Positions 18,490 to 28,450 are shown, numbered from the stretch's first letter. The stretch is DNA of 64,000 nt from an uncultured Christensenella sp. (GCA_949293905.1 CASFFG010000002.1:114511-178510), one strand, 5' to 3'. The notes: generated by a model not told the origin, from the sequence alone. Translations and numbers: made by a program.

Positions 18490-21273
18490 CTACCTATCGC
18501 ACAAAACTTCAAAAAATAGTGCTTTTTGTGATTCGTTACTTAAAAAGTATTTTAACTTCTCTTCAAATTCTTGCATGGTTTTTGCCTGCATGTACTCAAA
18601 TCCTGTCGAGCGAACCCAGTTCTCTGCCGTAGTATTATGAATTGAAGTTACAGCCCTTAAGTTATGCCCTTTTAATAATCCAGAACCATTATTATTTATA
18701 AGTAATATCCTCACATTTTTATTTATATTCTTATTCCAAATAGAATTCATATCATAGAAAAACGATAAATCTCCAACCAATAAGAAACATAATCTATCCT
18801 GAACAACCGAACATTGTCCCATAAAGGTAGATGTACATCCATCTATTCCATTAGTTCCCATATTGCAATATACATCAACAGCCGGATCTATTTTGTATCT
18901 TCTCACTTCAAAAAAACTTTGTCCAACACCTAGATGCAACATTGAATTCGCGGGTATTAACGGAATAAACTTTTCTTGAATTGTTAGGGCGTTAAAACCC
19001 TCCATTTTTCTTGGTATGGAATTTTTCGCTCTAGTCTTCCATTTGTTTAAATATTCTCTATTATTACCTATGTCTCCAGCTTTATCTGCAAACCATTTGA
19101 AAAATTGCTTTTGATTTAATTGAATCACTGATGAAAGTGTGAAATAAAAATCTTTAACTTTCCCGTCAGGTGACACATGCCAATGCCTAATATTCCTTGC
19201 ACCTCGAACTTTATATGTTAACGGATCGTTCATTAGCCGTTTCCCCCCAACGGAAATCAAAATTTCAGGAGCAAACTCTTTATTGAATTCGTCTTGGCTC
19301 ATAGAAAGCAACATATTGTATGCATTCACAGAATATTCCGAATTAAAATTTGAGATAGTATCAGTTAAAATGACACAATTGTATTTTGATGCAAATCTTT
19401 CGACATCTAATTTTTCTTCCTTTGATAAAGGACAATTTTGACCATACACAACTAAAACTCTAGGAGATTTCCTTAGATCTTTTACCCATTTAATCAATTC
19501 ATTTTCACCATCATTAAATCCAACTCTCAAGATATGTGGATAAATAAATGGTAATAAATTCCAATATTCTTTTGAGACATTTGCTCCTATAGAAATATTT
19601 TCAATTGGAACATTAATATGAACTGGTCCGAACCCATCATGTGTAGTTTCCAATATACAATTTGAAATATCTCTTCTTGCCTGGTATGTTGATAAGAATC
19701 CGCCTGTTTCAGGAAGTGAAATTTCCATTTTTACAACACCATCAAATATATGTTTTTGTGGAATAGTCTGATCTTCCCCATGGTTTAGATAAACACCATA
19801 TCTATCCGCTGTTATCATAATAAGTGGTATACCTGTATAATAAGCTTCAGTTACGGCAGGTAAAAAGTTACTAACTGCTGTTCCACTAGTGCATACACAT
19901 GCTACTGGTTGCTTTAATTGGGTTGCCAATCCTAAACCGAAATATCCCGCACTTCTTTCATCTGTAACACGGTGTAAAACAAACTGACTTTCATTATTTT
20001 CAAACATCCTTATTATTGGTACATCTCTTCCTCCTGGGGATAACACAATATGCTTAACTTTATAATCACGCAAAAGTGTAACCAATATTCTAATTTTAAT
20101 AAAATCAAAATTTTGATAAAGTTTTTGAACCTCTAGTGGCATTTCTTCTATCAGCATTTTGGTATTCGTATTTTTATTTGATAAATTCTCTTTTAACCAT
20201 GTAATAGATTTCTTTACTTCTTGCTTTATCAATCTATTGATATTTTTGAAATTGATTTTTTTATTTATTAATTTACTGTTGATCTCATTAGAATTTTCAA
20301 CAAGTCTTTCACCAAGGTTAAACATTTTTGCGAGTGTTAAAAATCTTGGAAGTCCCCTATCCCGATTTGCAATCATTATAAATGGTTTATTTAATATAAT
20401 AGCCATGACCGCGCCATGAAAACTATCTGTAACAATATATGAAGAATTGCAAAGATAATACAACCACTCGAATTCATTTAATTCGGGAAGAGTATTTTCT
20501 TTCATGTCCATTTTTTCGAAATTACTATTGTGAGTAAATTTTCTTCCATCTAAAGCAACCTTAACTTCCAATGACAATTCATCTGCTATTTTTTCAATAA
20601 CTTTCTTTTTATCTTCAGTTGGATCTAAGATGTAAGCAAATAAATAATCATTTTCTTCATTTAATTTTGATTGTTTTGACAATTCTATATATTCTTGTGC
20701 TTTCGTGAAAAAAATCGGGTCAATTAGAACTTGAGTTTCAATTCCAAATTTATTTTTTAGTATGTCAACAGCTGAATATTCCCTAACTGAAATATTATCA
20801 AACTTTCTTAAATTATTTTTTGCAAAATTCAAAAGTACATTATCAGAGTTTAAATTGTCTCCGCCACAAGAAGCAGAATATGCAATTCGTCGTTTATTGT
20901 TCGACGCAAAATCCATAAGAAAAAGTTTTCCAAATCCCTTTATTGAACTTGTTGTTAATACCTGGTCAGACCCCAATAAAAAGACATCAGTAAACTCATT
21001 TAATTTAAAAAGATTATCATTATCAAATGCAGGCGCAACAAGTATATTTTGATTTATGAAAAAGTCCCTTGAAAAGACATTATAACCTTCCTTGTCAGTT
21101 TCAAAATATGGGTTATCAATAAAAAATGGTGTGTATCCCATTTTCTCAATTGTTCGATATAATGAATAATAGCTTGCAACACCCCCATAATTACTTGCAA
21201 ACCAATATCCTATAATTCCCACATTTGATTTTTGATAAGTCAATTCATTTTTCTCGTTTATAGTATTTGCCAA
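18490..21273 (-). CDS. fusion protein: polysaccharide pyruvyl transferase domain + MenD-like thiamine-diphosphate enzyme
   Basis: 927-aa uninterrupted ORF with a TTG start behind AGAGG. The N-terminal ~370 aa carry PS_pyruv_trans-like motifs (IGYWFASNYGG, GSDQV, VREYSAV, DPIFF, VTDSFHGAVMAI). The C-terminal ~540 aa carry the MenD signature HRVTDERSAGYFGLG, CTSGTAVSNFLPAV, and the ThDP-binding GDLSFFYDMN...INNNGSG. Confidence 0.7.
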   Translation of the reverse strand: MANTINEKNELTYQKSNVGIIGYWFASNYGGVASYYSLYRTIEKMGYTPFFIDNPYFETDKEGYNVFSRDFFINQNILVAPAFDNDNLFKLNEFTDVFLLGSDQVLTTSSIKGFGKLFLMDFASNNKRRIAYSASCGGDNLNSDNVLLNFAKNNLRKFDNISVREYSAVDILKNKFGIETQVLIDPIFFTKAQEYIELSKQSKLNEENDYLFAYILDPTEDKKKVIEKIADELSLEVKVALDGRKFTHNSNFEKMDMKENTLPELNEFEWLYYLCNSSYIVTDSFHGAVMAIILNKPFIMIANRDRGLPRFLTLAKMFNLGERLVENSNEINSKLINKKINFKNINRLIKQEVKKSITWLKENLSNKNTNTKMLIEEMPLEVQKLYQNFDFIKIRILVTLLRDYKVKHIVLSPGGRDVPIIRMFENNESQFVLHRVTDERSAGYFGLGLATQLKQPVACVCTSGTAVSNFLPAVTEAYYTGIPLIMITADRYGVYLNHGEDQTIPQKHIFDGVVKMEISLPETGGFLSTYQARRDISNCILETTHDGFGPVHINVPIENISIGANVSKEYWNLLPFIYPHILRVGFNDGENELIKWVKDLRKSPRVLVVYGQNCPLSKEEKLDVERFASKYNCVILTDTISNFNSEYSVNAYNMLLSMSQDEFNKEFAPEILISVGGKRLMNDPLTYKVRGARNIRHWHVSPDGKVKDFYFTLSSVIQLNQKQFFKWFADKAGDIGNNREYLNKWKTRAKNSIPRKMEGFNALTIQEKFIPLIPANSMLHLGVGQSFFEVRRYKIDPAVDVYCNMGTNGIDGCTSTFMGQCSVVQDRLCFLLVGDLSFFYDMNSIWNKNINKNVRILLINNNGSGLLKGHNLRAVTSIHNTTAENWVRSTGFEYMQAKTMQEFEEKLKYFLSNESQKALFFEVLCDR

Positions 21274-21293
21274 ATTAAACCTCTACTTATTAA

Positions 21294-22412
21294 TTAATTT
21301 AATTCTTTTTTTGCGTCGTCTAGTGCGACACGAATAACCTTGTCCATATCATAATACTTGTATGTTCCAAGTCTGCCGCCAAAAATCACGTCCTTTTGAT
21401 TTTTTGCCAACTCTTCATATTTTTTGTAAAGTTCATTGTTTTTATTATCATTAATTGGATAATAGGGGTCATCTCCCAATTTCCACTCTCTACTATATTC
21501 TCGACTTATTATTGTTTTTGGACTTTCTGTCTTTTCAAAATGTTTATGTTCAATAATTCTTGTAAATGGTTCGTCTGTCGAAGTATAATTAATAACTGCA
21601 TTACCTTGGTAGTTATCTGTGTCGAGCACTTCAGTTTCAAATCTCACAGCTCTCCATTCCAGTGCTCCAAACTTGTAGTTAAAAAATTTGTCGACTTCGC
21701 CTGTGTACACAATCTTTTTTGCCACATCAGGATTTTCTTTTATAAATTCAAAGTAATCGGTGTTAAGTTTTACTTCTGCGCCTTCTAGCATTTTCTCTAT
21801 GATTTTTGTGTATCCTCCAATGGGAATACCTTGATATTTATCATTAAAATAGTTGTTGTCATAAGTAAATCTTAAGGGAAGTCTTTTAATTATAAATGCA
21901 GGAAGTTCCGTACAAGGTCTACCCCACTGCTTCTCTGTGTATCCCTTGACAAGTTTTTCATATACATCTCTGCCTACTAAACTAAGCGCCTGTTCCTCAA
22001 GGTTTTTAGGCTCAGTTATATTAAGTTCTTTCTTTTGCATTTCAATAATTGCTTTGGCTTCAGCTGGTTTTTTTATATTCCACATCTTTGAAAATGTATT
22101 CATGTTAAACGGAAGATTATAAAGTTCATCTTTATAAATTGCTACTGGTGAATTAATATAATTGTTAAACTCTGCAAATTGATTTACATAGTCCCAAATT
22201 TCTTTATCTGAAGTGTGGAAGATATGTGCACCATACTTGTGGACATTTATTCCGTCTATATTCTCAGTATATATATTCCCACCTATGTTCTCTCTTTTCT
22301 CTATGACCAAACATCTCTTTTTATTTCTAATAGCCTCGTGTGTAAAAACAGCTCCATAGAGACCTGCGCCTACTATCAAATAGTCATATCTTTTAAAATT
22401 ATTATTCATCAT
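21294..22412 (-). CDS. glf: UDP-galactopyranose mutase
   Basis: FAD fingerprint YDYLIVGAGLYGAVF, GGNIYTE, HIFHTSD and the typical length of about 370 aa. AAGGAG RBS. Confidence 0.92.
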   Translation of the reverse strand: MMNNNFKRYDYLIVGAGLYGAVFTHEAIRNKKRCLVIEKRENIGGNIYTENIDGINVHKYGAHIFHTSDKEIWDYVNQFAEFNNYINSPVAIYKDELYNLPFNMNTFSKMWNIKKPAEAKAIIEMQKKELNITEPKNLEEQALSLVGRDVYEKLVKGYTEKQWGRPCTELPAFIIKRLPLRFTYDNNYFNDKYQGIPIGGYTKIIEKMLEGAEVKLNTDYFEFIKENPDVAKKIVYTGEVDKFFNYKFGALEWRAVRFETEVLDTDNYQGNAVINYTSTDEPFTRIIEHKHFEKTESPKTIISREYSREWKLGDDPYYPINDNKNNELYKKYEELAKNQKDVIFGGRLGTYKYYDMDKVIRVALDDAKKELN

Positions 22413-22518
22413 TAGAACTCCTTTAATGTATTTTCATTTGATTTTAAAATATTATCCCTATAAAGTCAAATGATTTTGCTAGGGTGGGTGATTTTTACTG
22501 AACTTTCGACGTTCTGCT

Positions 22519-22548
22519 TTGACATTGTGGGGTGATTTGTGATATAAT
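22519..22548 (+). promoter_or_regulatory. consensus promoter of the rightward polysaccharide genes
   Basis: TTGACA (22519-22524), 18-nt spacer, TGaTATAAT (22540-22548). The ATG at 22557 lies only 8 nt downstream, with no RBS. Confidence 0.65.
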
Positions 22549-22556
22549 GCGGTATT

Positions 22557-23807
22557 ATGAATGATAAAAATAAGCCAAAATTGTCCGTCATTGTGCCCGT
22601 TTTCAACGCCGATATTGAACTTTTTTCTACATGCCTTAATTCAATTTTCGCTTCCACACTAAAAGATATGGAAGTGATAGTTGTCGACGATGGTTCAACG
22701 ATTGACTATACCGAAATTATTCGCACCTACCCCAATTTCCGCTTTTTAAAAATTGAAAATAGCGGAACTTTGCACGCTAGATTGTATGGATTGAGTGTTT
22801 CTAGTGGGGAATATGTGTATTTCATGGACGCAGACGATTCAATCAGTTTTGATTATCTTGAAGCAATGCTAACAAAAGCGCAATCAACAAACGCCGATAT
22901 TGTATTAAACGATTGGGCGTTCTGGACTCACAACTCAAAATATGTATGCACACTCGATTCCACGATTAATTCTAATTTTGACACCCATGACGATGCATTA
23001 ACTAAGTTTTTTTCTTCTTCTGGCGCGGAGCACTCATATTATGTTATGTGGAATAAGATTTTCCGCCGTGAGTTACTTTTGAAAGTTAAAGACGAGTTAG
23101 AAAAATTGAATTTAGGGAAAATGGTTTATGCAGAAGATGTTTTGACATCATTTTTTGCTTTTTCACTTGCCAAAACTATCGCGAACACTCACTGCGGGTA
23201 CTATTTCTACCGCCTACATGACTCTCAGCAAGTTTATGTTGACTCGCGGGAAAAGTTTATTAATCAAATCGACTCACTATCGCAAGTTTTTTCAATATTT
23301 GAAAAATATTTGAAAGAAATCGGGAGATTTGATGATTTTAGTGCTAATTTAATTGAGTGGAAAACTCTCCTTTGTTCTAACCAACTATCAGTTGCCCGCC
23401 ACTCACATTTCAATGATTTACGCGAGCATATTTTAACTGCATATGGATTCAACTCTGCCCCACGCAAAAGAAAAAATGCCGACCGCCCTTATTCAAAACA
23501 TAAATTGCTACCGAAAAACATAGACGAGGTTGAGGAATTTTTAAGTAATCTATATAATTTAAACACTGACGAAAAAATATATTGTAAAGCGCGCCCGTAT
23601 CTTATTGCACGACTAAATAAAATGAATCAATATTTAGACAAATCATTTGTTCTTTCGCGTAAAAGGAAATATTCCACAATTATTCCACCGCGCGAAATTT
23701 ATCCAATTAAACTAAAAATTTTACACAATAATTTTGTATATAAAATAGGCACTTTCCTTTTCCCTAAAGGTAGTAAAATTAGGAAACTTTTAAAATCCAA
23801 ATTCTAG
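22557..23807 (+). CDS. family 2 glycosyltransferase with long C-terminal extension
   Basis: LSVIVPVFN...VVDDGST...DADD motifs. Confidence 0.8.
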   Translation: MNDKNKPKLSVIVPVFNADIELFSTCLNSIFASTLKDMEVIVVDDGSTIDYTEIIRTYPNFRFLKIENSGTLHARLYGLSVSSGEYVYFMDADDSISFDYLEAMLTKAQSTNADIVLNDWAFWTHNSKYVCTLDSTINSNFDTHDDALTKFFSSSGAEHSYYVMWNKIFRRELLLKVKDELEKLNLGKMVYAEDVLTSFFAFSLAKTIANTHCGYYFYRLHDSQQVYVDSREKFINQIDSLSQVFSIFEKYLKEIGRFDDFSANLIEWKTLLCSNQLSVARHSHFNDLREHILTAYGFNSAPRKRKNADRPYSKHKLLPKNIDEVEEFLSNLYNLNTDEKIYCKARPYLIARLNKMNQYLDKSFVLSRKRKYSTIIPPREIYPIKLKILHNNFVYKIGTFLFPKGSKIRKLLKSKF

Positions 23808-23836
23808 AATTTTTATCTAAATTTTACAAAATTTTT

Positions 23837-23888
23837 AAAATCGCACACTTATTTTACAATTTAGCCTATTTTTAGTGCGATTTTTTTA
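23837..23888 (+). terminator. putative rho-independent terminator (long loop)
   Basis: AAAATCGCAC (23837-23846) pairs with GTGCGATTTT (23875-23884). 28-nt loop, with a T-run to 23887. Confidence 0.5.
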
Positions 23889-23923
23889 ATTATTTTTAAC
23901 TTTACATGATTTAATATGTATGC

Positions 23924-24286
23924 ATGCGAAAAATTAATCACATAAAAAATTCATTAATCGCGGAATATGCAAAGATTAAACATATCCTTAATTTTTTAAA
24001 TTCTATGCCTAACGAGAATATTTTTAGCGAAGTTCGTACAAAGTATGAAAGCCTTTGTGCAACTTACGATAAATTATTTTTTCGTCTAAAAATGTTGGAC
24101 TTATCTTTCGCTCTTCTTAAACGAGAATTATCTGCAGACATCGGCTTGAATATACCTTCCGCAGACCCATACATTGCCATCGAAATTTTAAACAAAATTT
24201 ATCCAGAATTTGTCCGCCGTGCTCATGCCGAGATAGACGCGCTAACATTTAATGAATTCGAAAAGTATTATTTACTCTCAATGTAG
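23924..24286 (+). CDS. hypothetical protein (120 aa)
   Basis: ORF only. Predicted helical. No family recognised. Confidence 0.4.
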   Translation: MRKINHIKNSLIAEYAKIKHILNFLNSMPNENIFSEVRTKYESLCATYDKLFFRLKMLDLSFALLKRELSADIGLNIPSADPYIAIEILNKIYPEFVRRAHAEIDALTFNEFEKYYLLSM

Positions 24287-24301
24287 ATTATATTACTTAT
24301 A

Positions 24302-24357
24302 GTGAAAATCAAAATTTTCCACTAATTATATAAAATTTTCCACAAAAAAGTGGAAAA
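24302..24357. promoter_or_regulatory. array of four ATTTTCCAC/GTGGAAAAT half-sites (candidate operator)
   Basis: GTGAAAAT (24302-24309), AAAATTTTCCAC (24311-24322), AAAATTTTCCAC (24332-24343) and GTGGAAAA (24350-24357). The last pair forms an 8-bp hairpin or palindrome. The array lies 60-110 bp upstream of the 24415 promoter. Confidence 0.45.
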
Positions 24358-24414
24358 CTCTTCAATTTATGTCGAGAAATAATAAAATGAAATGTAAAAA
24401 TTTGTCGAATAATC

Positions 24415-24443
24415 TTGATATAATATTTCATATGTGGTATACT
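24415..24443 (+). promoter_or_regulatory. promoter of the sugar transferase gene, near-leaderless
   Basis: TTGATA (24415-24420), 17-nt spacer, TGgTATACT (24435-24443). The ATG at 24452 follows 8 nt later. Confidence 0.6.
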
Positions 24444-24451
24444 ATATTCAC

Positions 24452-25279
24452 ATGAAATCAAGAAACGGACGAATTAAAAAGACTAAAAACTTAAGACATC
24501 AAACTTTCTATGAGCGTTTTATGAAGCGATTCCTTGATGTCAGTCTTTCTTTGCTTGCCCTTATTGTTCTCTCGCCGCTCATGCTGATAATATCCATTGT
24601 TCTTAAATGTACACTTAAAACAAGCATTATCTTTTCGCAATATCGTCCAGGTAAGGACGGAAAACCTTTTAAACTATACAAATTCCGTAGCATGAAAAAT
24701 ACATTAAATGAGAACGGTGAACTCCTACCCGACGATAAGCGCTTAACAAAATTTGGTGCTTTTCTAAGGCGTTCGAATTTAGACGAACTGCCACAACTTA
24801 TAAATATAATTAAGGGTGAAATGAGTATTATTGGCCCACGCCCGCGACTTATTAAAGACATGGTGTTCTATGATGACTCGGTTATGGAAGCGTATTCAGT
24901 CCGCCCAGGCTTATCCGGATTATCGCAGGTGACTGGTGGAAGAAGTAAATCTACTTGGGAAGAAATATTTGAAAAAGATTTAGAATATGTACATAATATA
25001 ACTTTCTTAAACGATTTAAAAATACTTATTAGGACGCTATTTATAGCATTCTCTCCTGCTGGACGATGCGGCGATGCTTCTACTTCATACAGAGAATATT
25101 ACTACGCAGACTACCTTTTGAAAACAGGGAAAATCAGCAAAAAAGAATATAAAGAAGGCATTAACATTGCCAACCAGATTATAGCGTTTGAAGAAAAGCG
25201 CAGAAACGCTGACAATATGCCTGTCAATCTAAAAACTATATATACAGAAAAAGCAAATGAGCAAATTGAAATATTATAA
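24452..25279 (+). CDS. undecaprenyl-phosphate sugar phosphotransferase (bacterial sugar transferase family)
   Basis: FYERFMKRFLDVSLSLLALIVLSPL TM start. KFRSM, DELPQLINIIKGEMSIIGPRP and GLSGLSQV motifs. Start moved from GTG 24434 to ATG 24452 because the -10 box overlaps the earlier codons. Confidence 0.85.
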   Translation: MKSRNGRIKKTKNLRHQTFYERFMKRFLDVSLSLLALIVLSPLMLIISIVLKCTLKTSIIFSQYRPGKDGKPFKLYKFRSMKNTLNENGELLPDDKRLTKFGAFLRRSNLDELPQLINIIKGEMSIIGPRPRLIKDMVFYDDSVMEAYSVRPGLSGLSQVTGGRSKSTWEEIFEKDLEYVHNITFLNDLKILIRTLFIAFSPAGRCGDASTSYREYYYADYLLKTGKISKKEYKEGINIANQIIAFEEKRRNADNMPVNLKTIYTEKANEQIEIL

Positions 25280-26510
25280 TCTAAAAGAATTTTATTTAAA
25301 AAACAGATTATATATTAATTGTGTTTTGCTTTTTTCTTTATACATTTTTAACTGTTTTTTTGCTCAAACTTCATACATTGTATATTCAATTCTACTGGTT
25401 CTAATTTTAGTAGATACGATAAAGTATGGTTCTCTATATTTAATTTTTAATGTGCCATTTTGTTTTTTAGGGCAAGAAATTGGGCTTATATTATTTCTAG
25501 TCTGCGCGCTTGTCTTTTTAGTAAAAGCGTATATTGTTTCGTTCGTAAACAATAAATTAAAGTTCGATAAAATTTTACTATTTTTAATTTTAATTCTTTT
25601 TCTTTATGTATTACTACAATTCAATAGAATTAATAGTGTTACATTAATTAATCTATCCATACTTATTCTAATTATTCTTTCATTTTACCTATGTATATTA
25701 GCGCGTGAAAATCTAGATTTTAGTTTAATTCTTAGAGTGTTTGCCATATCAATATTAATATCCGCAATTTTAGGTTTGTTTAGTTTCTTCTCTCCATATT
25801 TGAAATCTTTTATCGTTCCATTTAGTTTAGGTGAAAATTTAATAAGATATTCTGCTCTATTTACTCACCCGAACATGCTCGCCGTATTATGCGAAATTGC
25901 ACTAGCATTTTTAACCTGTAAAATTTTAATTAAATCAAATATCCTAGATATAGTTTTATTTGTTTTAGTGTCATTGGTAGGGCTATCCACTTTTTCAAAG
26001 ACATTTATTATAATATTCGCTTTAATTTTACTCACAATATTCGTCCGTTTAATGATATTAAACTATAAAAAGACACTTTTATTTTCACTACCAATTTTAT
26101 TCCTTGTAGTAATATTTTTCGTCATATTTCCTAACCTTTTTACGACAATAGTCAACAGATTTTTTACTAGTACTGACGGAATTGATAGCGTAAAGGACTT
26201 TTTAGATACTTTCACTACAGGAAGATTTTCGTTATGGGTATCTTATCTTAGTGCGATATTTTCTAGTCCACTTTATTTCTTCTTTGGACATGGACTTGGA
26301 GCGAGTACAATTTCTAATTTAGGTGCACATAACACTTTCATAACTCTGTTTTATCAATTAGGTTTTATCGGGTTTGTTTTATTCGCCTTTATAATAGGAT
26401 ATTTAACATATAGAGCCGTAAAAGTTTATAGATTTAATAAATTTGCTCTCATTCCTATCATCGCGATTACATTGTTGCTCTTTATTGAAGATTTACTATT
26501 TTTCGCTTAA
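25257..26510 (+). CDS. O-antigen ligase / Wzy-like polytopic membrane protein
   Basis: More than 10 predicted TM helices. Loop with RYSALFTHPNMLA resembles the Wzy_C / O-antigen ligase motif. Confidence 0.65.
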   Translation: MSKLKYYNLKEFYLKNRLYINCVLLFSLYIFNCFFAQTSYIVYSILLVLILVDTIKYGSLYLIFNVPFCFLGQEIGLILFLVCALVFLVKAYIVSFVNNKLKFDKILLFLILILFLYVLLQFNRINSVTLINLSILILIILSFYLCILARENLDFSLILRVFAISILISAILGLFSFFSPYLKSFIVPFSLGENLIRYSALFTHPNMLAVLCEIALAFLTCKILIKSNILDIVLFVLVSLVGLSTFSKTFIIIFALILLTIFVRLMILNYKKTLLFSLPILFLVVIFFVIFPNLFTTIVNRFFTSTDGIDSVKDFLDTFTTGRFSLWVSYLSAIFSSPLYFFFGHGLGASTISNLGAHNTFITLFYQLGFIGFVLFAFIIGYLTYRAVKVYRFNKFALIPIIAITLLLFIEDLLFFA

Positions 26511-26514
26511 TCAT

Positions 26515-26543
26515 TTTACTTTTTTTATACATTTTTGTACTAT
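26515..26543 (+). promoter_or_regulatory. internal promoter, leaderless configuration, for the GT4 gene
   Basis: TTTACT (26515-26520), 17-nt spacer, TACTAT (26538-26543), 6 nt, ATG at 26550. Confidence 0.45.
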
Positions 26544-26549
26544 AAATAT

Positions 26550-27683
26550 ATGATAGATTTTTCGAACAAAAAAATTATGTTAGTCTGCACAACGGACAAT
26601 ATGATTTGGCAATTTCTAATCCCACATATTAATGACTTAATCTCAATGGGTGCAAAAGTAGATTGTTATTGTAGTAAAACTGGATTTTGGTTTGACGAAC
26701 TAAGGGATAAATTCAAATTAAACATATATGATGTTAGTCTAACTCGCTCACCATTTAATTTCAAAAATATAAAAGGGTATAATCAACTTAAAGATTATCA
26801 AAAGCAGAATAATTACGATATAATTTACTGCCAACAACCAGTCGGCGGTATGATGGGTAGACTTATAGGTCATAAATTCAAAATTCCAGTTATATATACT
26901 GCGCATGGTTTTTTCTTCTTTAAAGGGAATAATCCAATAAAAAATTTAATTTTTAGGTCAGCAGAAAAATTTTTAGCACGATACACAGACGTCCTAATTA
27001 CTATGTCTAATGAAGACTACTATGCTATAAAAAATTGGAATATAAAATATAAATATTTAATTCACGGAATAGGATTAGACATTTCAAAATACGACCGCTC
27101 AAATTTTGATAAATCGTCATTAAAAAGGGAATTAAATATTGATAAAAATGATTATGTAGTCGTTACTGTTGCTGAATTTATAAAGCGAAAAAATTATCCA
27201 ACTATGCTAAAAGCATTTGCTCGCGTTCATTCTTCTCTTCCTAACACAAAATACATCATATGCGGAAGTGGAAAACTTGAAGAAAAAATAAAGGCACTTG
27301 CTCGTAAATTAAAGATCGAGAATTCAGTCATCTTCTTAGGATATAGAAAAGACATTAATCGAATACTTCAAATTAGTGATCTAATGCTACTTTTATCCAA
27401 GCACGAAGGCTTAACTATGGCGATTATGGAAGGCATGTTTTACTCTCTCCCAGTAGTTACTTCAAATGTGCGGGGGAATAAAGATTTAATCGATGAAAAT
27501 AAGGGTGGAAAATTAGTACATTTTAAAGATGTTAAAGGGGCATCATCTGCAATTATAGAACTGTTAAAGGACGAGCATAAACGAAAAACTTATGGTGATT
27601 ATAATCAAGAAAAAATAAAAAAATACGACATCACAGTCGTACGAAATGAACTAAAACAGATTTATAGTGAAATAAATTTTTAA
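26550..27683 (+). CDS. family 4 (GT-B, group 1) glycosyltransferase
   Basis: KIMLVCTTD start. C-terminal EGLTMAIMEGMFYSLPVVTSNVRGNKDLI (EX7E-type region). Its stop codon overlaps the convergent wzt-like stop by 2 nt. Confidence 0.85.
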   Translation: MIDFSNKKIMLVCTTDNMIWQFLIPHINDLISMGAKVDCYCSKTGFWFDELRDKFKLNIYDVSLTRSPFNFKNIKGYNQLKDYQKQNNYDIIYCQQPVGGMMGRLIGHKFKIPVIYTAHGFFFFKGNNPIKNLIFRSAEKFLARYTDVLITMSNEDYYAIKNWNIKYKYLIHGIGLDISKYDRSNFDKSSLKRELNIDKNDYVVVTVAEFIKRKNYPTMLKAFARVHSSLPNTKYIICGSGKLEEKIKALARKLKIENSVIFLGYRKDINRILQISDLMLLLSKHEGLTMAIMEGMFYSLPVVTSNVRGNKDLIDENKGGKLVHFKDVKGASSAIIELLKDEHKRKTYGDYNQEKIKKYDITVVRNELKQIYSEINF

Positions 27684-28444
27684 TTAGTTTTTGCACTACA
27701 ATATTCAAAGTACTTTTTGCAAATTTCTTCGCTTGGGCCGTATCCCATAACTTTAGAGTTCTCTATCCAAAGTGTTTTTTCACATAAATTCTTTACTTGA
27801 TTAATATTATGCGAAACAAACATGAAAGAAACCCCCTGTTCTTTCATTGTTTTGATTTTTTCCATACACTTCTTTTGGAAATTTACGTCCCCCACAGACA
27901 ACACTTCATCTACTAAAAGTAAGTCGGGCTGAACATCTATCGCAATCGCGAATCCTAGTCTAGAAATCATACCAGATGAGAAATTTTTTAACGGCATTTT
28001 AACGAAATCTTCGAGTTCGGCAAATTCAATAATTGATTTGAATCTCTCTTTCATTTGTTTTCTGCTAAATCCTAGAATCGCACCGCTTAAATATATATTT
28101 TCTTCCGCACTTGCTTCCATATCAAAGCCCGCGCCTAAATTTAATAGTACAACACTTCCTTTGACATCAATCTTTCCGCTCGTTGGTTTATAAATTCCCG
28201 CTACAAGTCTAAGCAAAGTAGATTTCCCCGCACCATTATGACCGATTACGCCTAGCGACTCACCACGACGAATTTCACAATTAATATTTTCTAGTGCTTG
28301 AAATTGTCTAGATTTTTTCATCTTCCCTGAAAAAAAACATACGATTCGCTCTTTAAGTGTATCGAATTTAAAAGCAGGAGTTTTAAACTTCATATTTAGA
28401 TTTTCGATTTTTAAAAGGTAGTCGTTTTGTTCTTTTTCTTCCAT
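27680..28444 (-). CDS. polysaccharide/teichoic-acid-type ABC transporter ATP-binding protein (Wzt/TagH-like)
   Basis: Walker A GHNGAGKST, signature FSSGMISRL and Walker B LLLVDEVLSVGD. ATG 28444 is preferred over GTG 28450, which lies in the AGGTG RBS. Confidence 0.9.
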   Translation of the reverse strand: MEEKEQNDYLLKIENLNMKFKTPAFKFDTLKERIVCFFSGKMKKSRQFQALENINCEIRRGESLGVIGHNGAGKSTLLRLVAGIYKPTSGKIDVKGSVVLLNLGAGFDMEASAEENIYLSGAILGFSRKQMKERFKSIIEFAELEDFVKMPLKNFSSGMISRLGFAIAIDVQPDLLLVDEVLSVGDVNFQKKCMEKIKTMKEQGVSFMFVSHNINQVKNLCEKTLWIENSKVMGYGPSEEICKKYFEYCSAKTN

Positions 28445-28450
28445 AATCAC

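Noticed and set aside
22466-22657. 63-aa minus-strand ORF spanning the glf/GT2 divergent promoter region
   Set aside because: It overlaps the consensus TTGACA/TATAAT promoter and the 5' end of the GT2 gene. It has no RBS.
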